DNA of 64,000 nucleotides. Origin: an uncultured Desulfospira sp. (lineage in GTDB: Bacteria > Desulfobacterota > Desulfobacteria > Desulfobacterales > Desulfobacteraceae). Positions 30,274 to 41,051 of the stretch are shown one piece after another (the stretch's first letter is position 1; each line of letters begins with the position of its first letter). Made by a program: the position numbers and the translations under genes. The stretch lies in the NCBI GenBank assembly GCA_963663165.1, contig OY760175.1, positions 2,944,001 to 3,008,000 on the forward strand. Reading direction: 5' to 3'. The notes under the pieces were generated by a model that saw nothing but the letters and a program-made list of their open reading frames with translations, had not been told where the DNA came from and searched no databases.

Positions 30274-31212
30274 ATGTTATTTTTTAAAGACAAGAAAACC
30301 GGTAAAGATTGCCTTTCTTTTGTCGAGGATGACAGCAATCAAAACTATGAGTGTGTCTTTTCTGCTTGCCCCAATCCGACTTGTACTTGCCTGACCATAG
30401 ACATTGATCTTGCCTTCATGACTGGTCAGAGCCGTGGGAATCTGCCCAAACTTAGCCACAGTGTTAAAATTGATCTGGACAAAAGAAAACTGCACACGTC
30501 ACCCGAAATTGAATTACCGCCTGAGGAAAAGGCTTTTGGAGACCTGCTTTTATCCCAGCTTGGAGATGATGATTTTAAATTCCTGAAAACCAAGCATTTT
30601 GCCTATAAAAATAAGATTACAAAAGAAGCAGACATCAACGAAATAGAGGGCTATTTTGACTATGATGAAGTGGAGCTGAATGGGTTGATGTATGCTTACA
30701 ATGGTATTTTACCGTATGGTGACCAGATTCTGGTCGATATAAAAAAAGAAAAATACCTGATTGTAGACCAATTCTGCCTGCTGCCAAAGTGTAAATGCAC
30801 GGATACAATCCTGGATTTAGTACCTGCCGGGGAAAATGCAATGACAGCTGAACCCTGGTGTGCCTTTCGACTGAAATATGCAAAAAGGCACTGGGCCGCG
30901 ATGGAGGATTCTTTTCCTCCCATCCCCCTGGAGGAAATTCGAACCGCCATTGAAGCACAACATCCGGACTTTTACAAACTGCTTCGGAGGCGCCATGAAA
31001 AATTAAAAAAGATCTATTTGAATTGCCGCAGGAAACATTATTTACCTCCACAGATCGTAACAGACCCGAAAGTTGGCAGAAACGATCCCTGCCCCTGTGG
31101 AAGTGGGAAAAAATATAAAAAGTGTTGTTTAAAATCGACCACACCGGTTGGATTTCCAGACAACCGATCGGACATTTCCGGTTTTCAATTTCCTGGCGAT
31201 TTTAAACCATAA
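30274..31212 (+). CDS. SEC-C motif protein
   Basis: [20 protein letters not shown], plus two internal C-x2-P-x-C-x-C motifs. Confidence 0.9.
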   Translation: MLFFKDKKTGKDCLSFVEDDSNQNYECVFSACPNPTCTCLTIDIDLAFMTGQSRGNLPKLSHSVKIDLDKRKLHTSPEIELPPEEKAFGDLLLSQLGDDDFKFLKTKHFAYKNKITKEADINEIEGYFDYDEVELNGLMYAYNGILPYGDQILVDIKKEKYLIVDQFCLLPKCKCTDTILDLVPAGENAMTAEPWCAFRLKYAKRHWAAMEDSFPPIPLEEIRTAIEAQHPDFYKLLRRRHEKLKKIYLNCRRKHYLPPQIVTDPKVGRNDPCPCGSGKKYKKCCLKSTTPVGFPDNRSDISGFQFPGDFKP

Positions 31213-31271
31213 TGCTTTTTTGCATCAGGGTTAAAAAAGTATGAATGAGTTTTTGAAAAGATATTGACAAC

Positions 31272-31562
31272 ATGGACAGCGATTTTCCACAGTATGAAGC
31301 GGAATGCCAGGGCTGTGATACCTTTTTGCCGGTTAATGATTTAGGACTGTGTGAAGATTGTGCCGGCAAACTTGACCGCGATATGATCCGTAAACGCGAT
31401 TGGGCGTATTCCGTCCTTGCATTTGGATGCCCAAAAGACAAACTTGAAGATTTAAGGAACGATATTATCAAAAAGCACGGTAAAACATTTGAACTGATTG
31501 CTGATGAAAAACCTAAAAAGAAAAAACAGCGGAATAAACGCAAACGAACTCGAAAAAAATAA
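31272..31562 (+). CDS. Small Zn-finger-like hypothetical protein
   Basis: CQGC...CEDC, basic C-terminal tail. Confidence 0.75.
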   Translation: MDSDFPQYEAECQGCDTFLPVNDLGLCEDCAGKLDRDMIRKRDWAYSVLAFGCPKDKLEDLRNDIIKKHGKTFELIADEKPKKKKQRNKRKRTRKK

Positions 31563-31635
31563 TGAGCCGCCAAAAATTAAAGGCAATAGGAAATAAGCAC
31601 CGGGCAACTTAGTGGGTTTATAATGATTCATTCAA

Positions 31636-31790
31636 TTTCAATAACGGCCACGGGCCGTCTTGGTTATCCAACCAAGAACCGCCCACAACAAACAATGAAA
31701 CTGAAGATACCAGCAACGGTAGACTATAAATTGGGCACCGCAGGTGCTTCGCCCTCTTGTCTCTTGTTTCTTGTCTCCAGTTTCTTATAA
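31636..31790 (-). repeat. Folded repeat copy E plus ~90-bp extension shared with 46909-47047
   Basis: Core repeat followed by CTGAAGATACCAGCAACGGTAGACTATAAATTGGGCACCGCAGGTGCTTCG...CTTATAA; inverted copy at 46.9 kb. Confidence 0.92.
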
Positions 31791-31886
31791 AAAATATTTG
31801 CAAGCCAATTTTAATTTTGTTTCGTGTCCCCTGAATTCGAATTACTGAATTCGTTGAGAAAAACACACAACGCCAAAGGAAACCCA

Positions 31887-32810
31887 ATGGGAAAGGAAAT
31901 TGAACTTACCCGGCCCCCGGGAATGGGGTGGATTTTGATAAAAGGGCTGTTCAAATCAATGTTCAGGCCCGGCTCTGTGGATGACCCGGCCCGGGTGGAA
32001 AGGGCGGCTTTCATTTTGAACCACCAGGTGGCCCCAAAAGCCTTAATTCATGAATACCGCTCGGTATGCGGCTTTGACCCGTCTCCCGGTCAGGCAGACC
32101 TTATCCCGGCATGTTTTATCCAGACCCTGTTTGTTCCGCTTCTGGGCAAATATATCACATCTGCCTGTTTTCCCATCTCCCCCCTGGGCCTGATCCATAC
32201 CCGGCAGACCATTGAACAGTTAAGGCCCGTTAAAACCGGCACCCCCCTTGACCTGACCTGCCGACTTGAATCCATGGTTAAAACAGATAAAGGGACGGTC
32301 TCAACCTTCAGCCTGACGGCAGCCGCAACAGCCGGGCCGGTCTGGACCGGGGAAGCCCGGTTTCTCAGCCGGAACAAGACAATAAGCAAAAAAAAACCGC
32401 CCCAGGACCATCCCCTTCCCATACATGAAACCATTCCGGTTCCCCGGGACACGGGCAGACGGTACGCCCGGGTTTCAGGCGATGTCAACCCCCATCACCT
32501 GTGGCCGTTTGCGGCAAAGCTTTTAGGATTTAAACGGGCCATTGCCCATGGCATGTGGAGTCTTGCCCGGGTTTCGGCAAGCCTTGAGAAATGGGTTGAT
32601 CCGGGGCAGCCGTTCAAGCTTGCCGCCTCTTTTAAACTGCCCGTATTTCTGCCGGGCCAGGTCACCTTGGGATATGAGCCCCTTAAGGCCCGTGAGGATT
32701 CTGCCCAAAAAGAAGATCCGGCATCTGCGAAAGCCTGCGGGCTGTCCTTTGAACTCAGGGATGCCCAGGACGGGCGGCCCCACCTTAAAGGAGATCTGGT
32801 TTCCCTTTAA
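31887..32810 (+). CDS. MaoC-family acyl dehydratase
   Basis: YARVSGDVNPHH...AIAHGMW, FKLPVFLP. Confidence 0.9.
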   Translation: MGKEIELTRPPGMGWILIKGLFKSMFRPGSVDDPARVERAAFILNHQVAPKALIHEYRSVCGFDPSPGQADLIPACFIQTLFVPLLGKYITSACFPISPLGLIHTRQTIEQLRPVKTGTPLDLTCRLESMVKTDKGTVSTFSLTAAATAGPVWTGEARFLSRNKTISKKKPPQDHPLPIHETIPVPRDTGRRYARVSGDVNPHHLWPFAAKLLGFKRAIAHGMWSLARVSASLEKWVDPGQPFKLAASFKLPVFLPGQVTLGYEPLKAREDSAQKEDPASAKACGLSFELRDAQDGRPHLKGDLVSL

Positions 32811-32873
32811 AAAGCCGGTGAAATCTATCTTTAAAATTTGATTTACCCCGGGATTTGGTGGTAAAAAAGCCTC

Positions 32874-33728
32874 ATGAAACCGTCAAACCTTATATCATTT
32901 CACGGGGGGCATTCAGGACAATTCTGCAACCATGCCCGGGACAGCTTGGAGCAGATTATCCAGGCGTATATCAGCAAAGGCTTTACCATGGTGGGGATCA
33001 GCGAGCATATCCCCCATTTGGAAGACCGGTTTCTGTTTCCTGAAGAGGTTGAAGCCGGGTTAAGCGCACTGGATATCCGCAACCGGTTTGAGCGGTATTT
33101 CCCCACCCTTGAGGCCTTAAGCCGTAAATACGCCCCTCAGATCAAAATTTTTAAAGGCATGGAAACCGAGGTATGGCCGGGGTATGAGGCTCAGGTAAAG
33201 GAACTTGTAGAGACCTGCAGGCCCGATTACATCATCGGCTCGGTCCATCATGTCAATGACCGCTGTTTTGACTATTCAAAGCAGGTTTACCAGGCCACGG
33301 CCCGGGAGTGCGGCGGGATTGAACAGATGTATATCCAGTATTTTGATCTTCAGTATGAAATGATCCGGAAGCTGACACCGTCTATTGTGGGCCATTTTGA
33401 CCTGATCCGGATTTTTGATCCCGACTACCGGCAGCGGATTCTTTTGCCCGGGATCCAGGAAAAAATCCAGCGGAACCTCGCCCTGATCAAGGCCCTTAAC
33501 CTTACCATGGACTTGAACCTTCGCCCCCTGTCAAGGGGGGAAGATGAGCCCTACCCCACCCGGTCTATATTAGAACAGATCCGGGCAGCCGGTATTCCCA
33601 TGGTTCCCGGGGATGACGCCCATTCCGCCGAACAGGCCGGGGGACATGTGGCACAGGCCATTGATCTTCTGGAGGCCATGGGGTTTGATACAAGCTGGCC
33701 CATTGAGGCCATAGTTAGCAGCTATTAG
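32874..33728 (+). CDS. PHP-family histidinol-phosphatase (HisJ-like)
   Basis: HGGHSGQFCNHA, SEH, IGSVH, GHFD, GDDAH. Confidence 0.85.
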   Translation: MKPSNLISFHGGHSGQFCNHARDSLEQIIQAYISKGFTMVGISEHIPHLEDRFLFPEEVEAGLSALDIRNRFERYFPTLEALSRKYAPQIKIFKGMETEVWPGYEAQVKELVETCRPDYIIGSVHHVNDRCFDYSKQVYQATARECGGIEQMYIQYFDLQYEMIRKLTPSIVGHFDLIRIFDPDYRQRILLPGIQEKIQRNLALIKALNLTMDLNLRPLSRGEDEPYPTRSILEQIRAAGIPMVPGDDAHSAEQAGGHVAQAIDLLEAMGFDTSWPIEAIVSSY

Positions 33729-33782
33729 CCTTTAGCTTTTAGCTGTGCGCTGCCTGAACCAGGCTAACGGCTAACAGCTAAA
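33715..33782. repeat. Inverted heptamer arrays (TTAGCnn / GGCTAAC)
   Basis: Overlaps the stop codon of the PHP gene; same family as 25905 and 47618. Confidence 0.8.
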
Positions 33783-33807
33783 TACATTACAAAGGAGTAA
33801 TCGAATT

Positions 33808-34254
33808 TTGAAAGCAGTGGTCCAGCGGGTCACCCGGGCAGGGGTTGAGGTGGATGGAGAAACCATTTCAACCATTGGAAACGGTCTTTTGGTCCTTTTG
33901 GGGGCCCAGAAAGGAGACACCACAAAGGATGCGGATTTTCTGGCGGATAAAATCATTCATTTAAGGATTTTCGAAGATGACCAGGGAAAAATGAACCGGT
34001 CGCTTCTGGACGTTGGGGGGCAGCTGCTGGTGGTCTCCCAGTTTACCCTGCTCGGGGACTGCAGAAAAGGGCGGCGTCCGTCCTTTGTTGCGGCTGAAGC
34101 CCCGGACCTTGCCAAAGACCTTTACGAATATTTCATGGAACAGACCCAAAAAGCCGGGGTGGCTACCTTCCCTGGAAAATTCCAGGCCTTGATGTCGGTT
34201 TCCCTGGTCAACCACGGACCGGTCACCCTGATCCTGGACACGCAAAACAAATGA
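33808..34254 (+). CDS. dtd: D-aminoacyl-tRNA deacylase
   Basis: KAVVQRV, SQFTL, GRRPSF, NHGPVT. Confidence 0.97.
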   Translation: MKAVVQRVTRAGVEVDGETISTIGNGLLVLLGAQKGDTTKDADFLADKIIHLRIFEDDQGKMNRSLLDVGGQLLVVSQFTLLGDCRKGRRPSFVAAEAPDLAKDLYEYFMEQTQKAGVATFPGKFQALMSVSLVNHGPVTLILDTQNK

Positions 34255-34991
34255 AACCGGAAAATCTAACCATCATCCTGGTGGCCCCCCAGGGCCCCAT
34301 CAACATCGGCAGCGTGTGCCGGGCCATGATGAACTTCGGGTTCAGCCGCCTTCGCCTGGTGACCCCGTGCAAAGAATACATGGGACTTGAAGCCAAAAAA
34401 ATGGCCCTTTCCGCCTTTGGCGTCCTGGAATCGGCCCAGGTCTTTGAGGACCTGCCCGGGGCCCTTCACGATATCCACATGGCCTTTGGCACCACCCGGC
34501 GGTTCGGGAAATACCGGAAAAACTTTTTTACCCCGGCCACGGCTGCCCAGAAAATCAATGAAACCCCGGATGATATCAGGTGCGCCCTGGTCATGGGGCC
34601 GGAAGATACCGGGCTTGAAACCCGGGACCTGGACCTGTGCCAGCATTTTATTACCATTCCCACCCATGACGGTTATCCGTCCATGAACTTAAGCCATGCC
34701 CTGTCCGTACTGCTTTACGAGGTCTCTTTGAAAACCGATGTGGTCAAGAATTTTTCTGACCCGGCCCCCAAAAAACAGGCCACGGGAACAGAAATGGAAT
34801 CCATGTTTGCCCACATGCGGGAGACCCTGCTTTCCATTGACTACCTGGACCCCCAGAACCCGGATCACCTGCTGCGGACCTTCAGGCGGATATTTGGTGC
34901 GGCCGGATTGACCTCAAGAGACGTTCGGATTATCCGGGGGCTCATGAGCCGGATCGACTGGACAGAAGCTCAGCGAAGGGAAAAATCATAA
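34251..34991 (+). CDS. TrmJ/LasT-family SPOUT RNA methyltransferase
   Basis: NIGSVCRAMMNFG, GPEDTGL, YPSMNLSHA. Confidence 0.92.
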   Translation: MKPENLTIILVAPQGPINIGSVCRAMMNFGFSRLRLVTPCKEYMGLEAKKMALSAFGVLESAQVFEDLPGALHDIHMAFGTTRRFGKYRKNFFTPATAAQKINETPDDIRCALVMGPEDTGLETRDLDLCQHFITIPTHDGYPSMNLSHALSVLLYEVSLKTDVVKNFSDPAPKKQATGTEMESMFAHMRETLLSIDYLDPQNPDHLLRTFRRIFGAAGLTSRDVRIIRGLMSRIDWTEAQRREKS

Positions 34992-35040
34992 CGCCACCCC
35001 GGCCGGTCCGCTGACATCATGGCCCGCCAATGGGGTCCCG

Positions 35041-35343
35041 CTATTGGGGCGCGCAGAAAGCGGCCACGGCCGCCCGTTTAATTTCAACGGTTTCCCATAC
35101 CTTGCCCGTAACATAGGGTTCGCTGTCCAGCCACTGGCTTTTCAAGGCTTGTTCTGATTCAAAATCACAGACAATCATGGAACCGCACATGGCCCCCTGG
35201 TCGTCTAAAACGGCAGCCGCATAGAGCCATTTCCCGGATTCCTTCATTTTTTTAGCGGTTTCAAGGTGCGCCTCGCGGACAGCCATGCGCCGGTCTAAGG
35301 CACCGGCATCCGTGCCGTCCGTTCCCATAACGATAAACTGCAT
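35041..35343 (-). CDS. YciI-family protein
   Basis: RMAVREAHL...GSMIV...EPYVTGKVW. Confidence 0.88.
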   Translation of the reverse strand: MQFIVMGTDGTDAGALDRRMAVREAHLETAKKMKESGKWLYAAAVLDDQGAMCGSMIVCDFESEQALKSQWLDSEPYVTGKVWETVEIKRAAVAAFCAPQ

Positions 35344-35568
35344 AAATCTTCTCCTGCTTAGTGTTTGGACGAAAAACCATCCATCTGCCGCGTTGCACAA
35401 AAACAGCTTACTGCGTTTCGTATATCCCATTTAAATCCTGGTATCAATATGGATCTTATGGATCATGCCGGGCAATGGCAGGTGGCCCGGCACATATGCC
35501 AGTCCAGGCAAATACGGTTTCAACCCCAATTGTTGCAATTTTTGACAATTCTCCACTCCGGCAAAAAT

Positions 35569-36291
35569 CTAAACCGATAAATGGGATTGAACGATTTCAG
35601 GATTATCCTCAAGCTGCCGGGTGGTCAGGTCGTTGACAATTTCTCCCCGGGTGTCCATAAGATAGTGGCGGCCTGCGACCTCGAGCGCCATTTGGTAATT
35701 TTGCTCGACAACCAAAAGGGTGATGCCCGATTGGACGCAGAATTTTAAAACCACATCGGTAATGGTCTGGACCAGGATCGGGGAAAGGCCCTGTGAGGGC
35801 TCGTCCAGTATAATGATCCGGGGATTGCTGATCAGGGCCCTGCCAATAGCCAGCATCTGCTGCTGACCACCGCTTAAGGTGGCACCGTCCTGATTGGCTC
35901 TTTCGGCCAGAACTGGAAAATATTCGCACACTTTTTCATATGTCCAGGCATGGTTACCATCTCCAGGCCTTTGAGCCAGGCGAAGGTTTTCCTCAACACT
36001 CAATCCCGGAAAAATGTGGCGTTCTGCCGGCACATAGGCCACTCCGAGCTTAGAGACTTTGTGGGGCTGCCAACCAGTGGTTTGCCGACCGTCAATATAT
36101 ATGCTGCCGGACCGGGGCGGGGTCAGGCCCATAATGGATCTTAAGGTTGTGGTTTTCCCAACACCGTTGCGCCCGATAATTGAGACGGCTTCCTGCTCGT
36201 ACACGTGCATGGAAAGCCCCTGGATAATGTGGCTTTCCCCGTAATAGGTCTGCATATCTTCAATTTCAAGGATCTTATGCCGCTTGTCCAA
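35569..36291 (-). CDS. Branched-chain-type ABC ATPase (LivF-like)
   Basis: GRNGVGKTT, LSGGQQQMLAIGRAL, LDEPS. TTG start estimated. Confidence 0.92.
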   Translation of the reverse strand: MDKRHKILEIEDMQTYYGESHIIQGLSMHVYEQEAVSIIGRNGVGKTTTLRSIMGLTPPRSGSIYIDGRQTTGWQPHKVSKLGVAYVPAERHIFPGLSVEENLRLAQRPGDGNHAWTYEKVCEYFPVLAERANQDGATLSGGQQQMLAIGRALISNPRIIILDEPSQGLSPILVQTITDVVLKFCVQSGITLLVVEQNYQMALEVAGRHYLMDTRGEIVNDLTTRQLEDNPEIVQSHLSV

Positions 36292-37021
36292 GATATGCCT
36301 CTCTGACCTGCTGATTGCTGCGAATTTCCTGAGGCGTCCCTTCTGAAATGATGCAGCCGTCCTGGAGGACCGTGATCCGGTCTGAAATCCGCATGACCAT
36401 ATCCATATCGTGCTCCACCAGGACAATGCTGATATCATCGGCCAAATCTTTGATCAAGTCTGCGATATGATGGGTTTCCGAAGGTGACATGCCGGCCGTG
36501 GGTTCATCAAGAAACAGGACCTTGGGGTCTGAGGCCAGGGCAATGGCGACCTCGAGCACCCGCTGATCCCCATAGGCCAGGTTTTTGGCCGGCAGGCCGG
36601 CCATTTCATCCAGCCCCAGGCGTTCCAGCATGGCCCATGTATCTTTAATGACCGATTTTAATTTTTGCTTTAAGGAAAATATGCGAAAAGAGCCCCCGAC
36701 TCTGGCCTGCCTGGCAATTCTCAGGTTTTCAAATACACTTAAGTTCTCAAACAGGCTGTTGATCTGGAAGGTCCGGCAAATCCCCATCTTAACCAGCTCA
36801 TGAGGGGGCGTGTGGGTAATGTCTTTTCCCTTATAAAAAATCCTTCCGGAGCTGGCCCCGATTTTTCCGGTGACAAGATTAATAAACGTGGTCTTTCCGG
36901 CACCGTTGGGACCGATAATCGAGGTTAATCCATTATCGTCAACATTGAAACAAACATCGTTGGTTGCCATAATGCCGCCGAATTGGCAGCATAAATTCTG
37001 TGTACAGAGCAAGCCTCTCAT
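36275..37021 (-). CDS. Branched-chain-type ABC ATPase (LivG-like)
   Basis: GPNGAGKTT, RTFQ, LDEPTAG, VEHDM, VREAYLG. Confidence 0.93.
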   Translation of the reverse strand: MRGLLCTQNLCCQFGGIMATNDVCFNVDDNGLTSIIGPNGAGKTTFINLVTGKIGASSGRIFYKGKDITHTPPHELVKMGICRTFQINSLFENLSVFENLRIARQARVGGSFRIFSLKQKLKSVIKDTWAMLERLGLDEMAGLPAKNLAYGDQRVLEVAIALASDPKVLFLDEPTAGMSPSETHHIADLIKDLADDISIVLVEHDMDMVMRISDRITVLQDGCIISEGTPQEIRSNQQVREAYLGQAA

Positions 37022-37023
37022 TG

Positions 37024-38025
37024 TTATCCCTTTCTCAATCGTCTGATATGGCCGGTCAGGCCGGCAAACCCGGTCGGCAGGAACAGGACAAGAAAAATGA
37101 CCACAAGCCCGAGAAAAATTTCCCAATGCTCCGTCATGGTACTGATATAGTCCTGGATATAAATAAAGATGGCCGCACCGGCCAAAGGCCCCCAAAGCGA
37201 CCCCATGCCGCCCAAAAGGACCATCATAAGGACACCGGCCCCGGCAAAGGCGCTCATGGTGGACGGACCGATATACCCTTTATACAAGATAAACAAGGCC
37301 CCTGCGATACCGGCGAGCAGACAGGCCAGCATCCAGCCCAGCAGTTTGTATTTTTTAACATTGATCCCGATAAAGGCGGCCCGGCTCTCATTTTCCCGAA
37401 TGGCCTCAAGCACCGCGCCAAAAGGAGAGTTGATGATTCTGCGGGTGAGAAAAAAACAGACGGTCACAATGGCCAGTGTAAACATGTAAATCACCAGCGG
37501 GTCCCCGGAATTTCCCATGGTAATGCCGAACAGGCTGATATCCGGATTGGGCATTCCCATCAATCCGTCATCCCCGCCGGTGACATCATACCATTTCCAT
37601 ACAATGGTATGAAACATCATGCCGAATGCCAAGGTCAGCAAGGCAAAGGACAGCCCCCCGGTCCTGACCTGGACCCACCCCACGGGCAGGGCCACAACAC
37701 AGGTAAAGGCAATGCCGGCCAAACAGGCCAGCCAGAAGGATGCCGGGGATATATGGATTAAAAACAGTCCCACCACATAGGCACTGATGCCAAGATAAGC
37801 ATTGTGCATAAACGACAACAGGCCGGTATAGCCCAGCAGCACATCCAGGCTCATGGCCAGCAGCCCGTATATCATCATTTCAGTGATCAGGCTGATGTAA
37901 AACCGGTTTCCGGAAACAAAAGGAAATGCGGCCAGGCCGGAAATAAGAAGAAGAATAAAAACCATTTTAACGGGATGACGCCCTGATCCGGTGCCGGGTA
38001 TGGCTGTGGTTGCCTGCTTTTTCAT
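37024..38025 (-). CDS. Branched-chain-type ABC permease (LivM-like)
   Basis: GYTGLLS, TGGDDG, SPFG..AIRENE, GGMGS..GP. Confidence 0.93.
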   Translation of the reverse strand: MKKQATTAIPGTGSGRHPVKMVFILLLISGLAAFPFVSGNRFYISLITEMMIYGLLAMSLDVLLGYTGLLSFMHNAYLGISAYVVGLFLIHISPASFWLACLAGIAFTCVVALPVGWVQVRTGGLSFALLTLAFGMMFHTIVWKWYDVTGGDDGLMGMPNPDISLFGITMGNSGDPLVIYMFTLAIVTVCFFLTRRIINSPFGAVLEAIRENESRAAFIGINVKKYKLLGWMLACLLAGIAGALFILYKGYIGPSTMSAFAGAGVLMMVLLGGMGSLWGPLAGAAIFIYIQDYISTMTEHWEIFLGLVVIFLVLFLPTGFAGLTGHIRRLRKG

Positions 38026-38900
38026 TCAAACTTCCCCTCTCCAAGAATCCCCCGGGGCATGAAGGCAAGGATCACTGCCATGAGAATGTAAACGATGACC
38101 ATTGCAAGATCCGTGATAAAAAATTCAGCCAGCGTCTGGACGGCACCGATAAGTAACGCAGCAATGACGGCACCGCGAAGGCTGCCAAGACCGCCGATAA
38201 CAATGACCACAAAGGAACTGATCAGCATTTCCCCGCCCATGAGCGGATCGATGGTGGTCAACGGGCCTGCAATAATCCCGGCAAGGCCTGCCATAACGCA
38301 TCCAAGAACCAATGCCCCCATGTGCACATAGCGCATGTTGACCCCCAGACAGGAGACCATTTCCGGGATGGTACTCGATGCCCTGAGAATAATACCGACT
38401 TTGGTTTTGTTCAAAAACAGCATTAATGCGCCCATGATGAGTATGATCAGCAGCAGCGTTATCAGCCTGAAAACCGGGTAGTCCGTACCGAGTACGGGCA
38501 GCGTGCCCCGCATGAATAGAGGCAGCTCAATAAAACGGGGTTTGTTCCCCCAGATATACTTGATCGAACCGTCAAGAAAAAACATCAGTCCATAGGTTAG
38601 AATCAAGGTGTATACCATGGATCTTTTTCGCATGGGGGCAATAATGGCCCGTTCGATGATCAGCCCGATCCCCCCCACAATGAGAGGCGCAATCAAAAGT
38701 GCGGCAAAAAAATTCACCCCCGATGCCGTGAGTGTAAACCCGGTGTAAGCGCCCACGGCGTACAAGGCACCGTGGGCCATATTCATTATACGGCTTAAGC
38801 CGTAAATAATGTTTAAACCGATGGCTACTATGAGAAACACACCGCCAAGAACAAGGCTGTTCAAAGTAATATCGACTATAATCCCCAGTGTTCCGCTCAT
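38022..38900 (-). CDS. Branched-chain-type ABC permease (LivH-like)
   Basis: GLNIIYG...NMAHG, IGGLGSL. Confidence 0.93.
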   Translation of the reverse strand: MSGTLGIIVDITLNSLVLGGVFLIVAIGLNIIYGLSRIMNMAHGALYAVGAYTGFTLTASGVNFFAALLIAPLIVGGIGLIIERAIIAPMRKRSMVYTLILTYGLMFFLDGSIKYIWGNKPRFIELPLFMRGTLPVLGTDYPVFRLITLLLIILIMGALMLFLNKTKVGIILRASSTIPEMVSCLGVNMRYVHMGALVLGCVMAGLAGIIAGPLTTIDPLMGGEMLISSFVVIVIGGLGSLRGAVIAALLIGAVQTLAEFFITDLAMVIVYILMAVILAFMPRGILGEGKFE

Positions 38901-38953
38901 AATTTAAAGTCACCCGTTCGTTGTGTTGTCATGAAAATATGAGGGTGGGCCGC

Positions 38954-40147
38954 CTACTCAGGCGGGCCAAGCTCAGCTGCCGGAAATGTATGCAGCACTT
39001 TCATATATACCGTGGCATTAAACGGATTGTCCGGCGCGGCCATGGTTTCCGTCAAAACGGCATCATTGCGCATGCAGTTGTCTTTTGGGCAAATCCTTAC
39101 CGTACCGTAGGGTCCGTCGTAACTGATTCCCTTGAGGGCCGACGCAATGGCCTTGGCATCCGTACTCCCGGCTTTGTCAATGGCGTTAAACAGGTTCATG
39201 GCCCCCACATAGCTGTGAACCGCCGCATCCGAGGGGATGGTTTTAAATTCGTTCCAGAACCGCATCTCCCAGTCGTTAGAGGCCGGGGTGTTGACATTCC
39301 AGGACCAGTCCGATACACCAAAAATACCATGGCAGGCCGTTCCGCCGGCTTCCAGTTCCAGGGGGCCGGGGGCTGCGGCGGAAACCAGTTTCACTTTGCT
39401 CTGCAGACCGAAATCAAACGCCTGTTTGGCAAAAACCGGAATCACGTTGGTGATGAATGCCATGTATACGCCGTCTGCTCCGGATGCCTTGATCTTGCTG
39501 ATATAAGATGACCAGTCCTTTGTCTTGATGGGGGCTTTGTCATATTTTTCGTTATAAATTTTAATCCCATTCTGTTTGGCCAGCGCGATAAATCTTTCTC
39601 CGGCATCATGTCCCCAGGAATAATCGTGGACAAGGACGTAATAGGTCCGGTCTTTCAGGTCGGGCCGTGAAAGGATTCCCTTGATATTGCCGACGGCGGT
39701 CTGGTCATTGGCCAACTGTCCGGATCTAAAAACCATGGGATGCAGGCCATACAGTTTAGTGGTCATGACATGGGTGCTTAAAAAGGGGACATTGAGCTTG
39801 TCAATGTTTTTGGCAAGGGCAAGGCCCACTCCACTGGATAAAACACCGATCAATGCCTTGCAGTCATCTTTGTAAACCAGTTTTTCCGCCTTTGAAACCG
39901 CAATGGGTGGTTTCACCTGGGTATCTTCCACCAGCAGCTTAATGGGTTTTCCAAGAACCGTTCCTTTTTCCCGGGCAGCCATTTCAATGCCGTACTTCAT
40001 TTCCAGTCCGCCCTGGGCGGCTATTCCGGTAAGGGGTACCAGCACCCCGATTTTAACCGGCTTTTTTGCACACACCGGATAGGGTGAAAGGAACATTACA
40101 GCGATCATGATACCCAATGAAACAGTGATTAATCTTTTCATCTCCAC
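38954..40147 (-). CDS. Branched-chain-type ABC substrate-binding protein
   Basis: Signal peptide, VKIGVLVPLTG, DYSWG, DWSSYISKIK. Confidence 0.9.
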   Translation of the reverse strand: MEMKRLITVSLGIMIAVMFLSPYPVCAKKPVKIGVLVPLTGIAAQGGLEMKYGIEMAAREKGTVLGKPIKLLVEDTQVKPPIAVSKAEKLVYKDDCKALIGVLSSGVGLALAKNIDKLNVPFLSTHVMTTKLYGLHPMVFRSGQLANDQTAVGNIKGILSRPDLKDRTYYVLVHDYSWGHDAGERFIALAKQNGIKIYNEKYDKAPIKTKDWSSYISKIKASGADGVYMAFITNVIPVFAKQAFDFGLQSKVKLVSAAAPGPLELEAGGTACHGIFGVSDWSWNVNTPASNDWEMRFWNEFKTIPSDAAVHSYVGAMNLFNAIDKAGSTDAKAIASALKGISYDGPYGTVRICPKDNCMRNDAVLTETMAAPDNPFNATVYMKVLHTFPAAELGPPE

Positions 40148-40403
40148 CTCTCAATACTACACAGATAAGAAGTTATTTTTTGCCAAGCTTATGGTATCGC
40201 ATAAATGGAAAATGCAGCTCCCGCACCGTTGAAAAGGCGGTGTTTATTTGGCCCCCTCACGGCAAAACAGTCTGGCAAAAATGAGTTGTCCGGCAACGGT
40301 GGCACAGGGGGTGCCGGCTGCACGAACGCCCCTGGGACCGACAGTGTAACCACCGGTCCCAGGACTAAAGACGTTACGGAAACGTCTTGTTCAGGCGAGA
40401 GGT

Positions 40404-41051
40404 TTACAGTACGCGATATGCGTAGTAAACAATCTGAATTTTATCAGAAAAGTCTTTATTTCCAGGTAGATACGGTTTCGGATCGGAGACCAGAACTTCT
40501 TCCAGAATCTTGTCGGCCTTGATGACTTCGAGTTTTCCGGTAAATTCGTCATCAATCATATCTGTACGGTGGGAAAAGATAACCATGCCGCCGGGTTTGG
40601 TGATCCGGGCAAACTCGCGAACAACTTCAGGCACATCTTCAATGTAGGTGAGTGTGCCGATGCAGATCAGATTGGCAAACTGGTTGTCCTCATAACGGAA
40701 GGGTTTTTCATGCATGTTAACGATGTGTACATCTTCATACACACCTTTGTCTTTGGCAACAGCGGCAAAATCAGGGCTTAAATCAAAACCGATAATACTT
40801 TTAAAGCCGCCGGCGGACAGCGCTTCGCCCGTCAGTCCGCTGCCGCATCCGGCGTCACATACCGTACCGTCAACCTGCTTGTATTGGTTGAGCAGCTGCG
40901 TTGCTTTTTCCGGCGCATCATAATCCCAGCTTTTTACCGAGTCTTCGTAATTTTTGCCCCATTTGTTGTAATATTCTGCAACTTCTTCCTCTTTTTGACT
41001 CCCCTCTGCAAACCATTGATCATTGCCAAGAGTTTCTTCTTTAAATTCCAA
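40404..41051 (-). CDS. Class I SAM-dependent methyltransferase
   Basis: YNKWGKNYE, DAGCGSG, RITKPGG. Confidence 0.9.
   Translation of the reverse strand: MEFKEETLGNDQWFAEGSQKEEEVAEYYNKWGKNYEDSVKSWDYDAPEKATQLLNQYKQVDGTVCDAGCGSGLTGEALSAGGFKSIIGFDLSPDFAAVAKDKGVYEDVHIVNMHEKPFRYEDNQFANLICIGTLTYIEDVPEVVREFARITKPGGMVIFSHRTDMIDDEFTGKLEVIKADKILEEVLVSDPKPYLPGNKDFSDKIQIVYYAYRVL

Noticed and set aside
31618..31887. ORF sharing a peptide with ORF 46831-47076
   Set aside because: Both read through the same non-coding repeat; no RBS or family motif.
35358..35420. TAGTGTTTGGACG motif (also at 2778) as a MITE end
   Set aside because: Only a 13-bp match with no partner inverted end found; too little to call an element.
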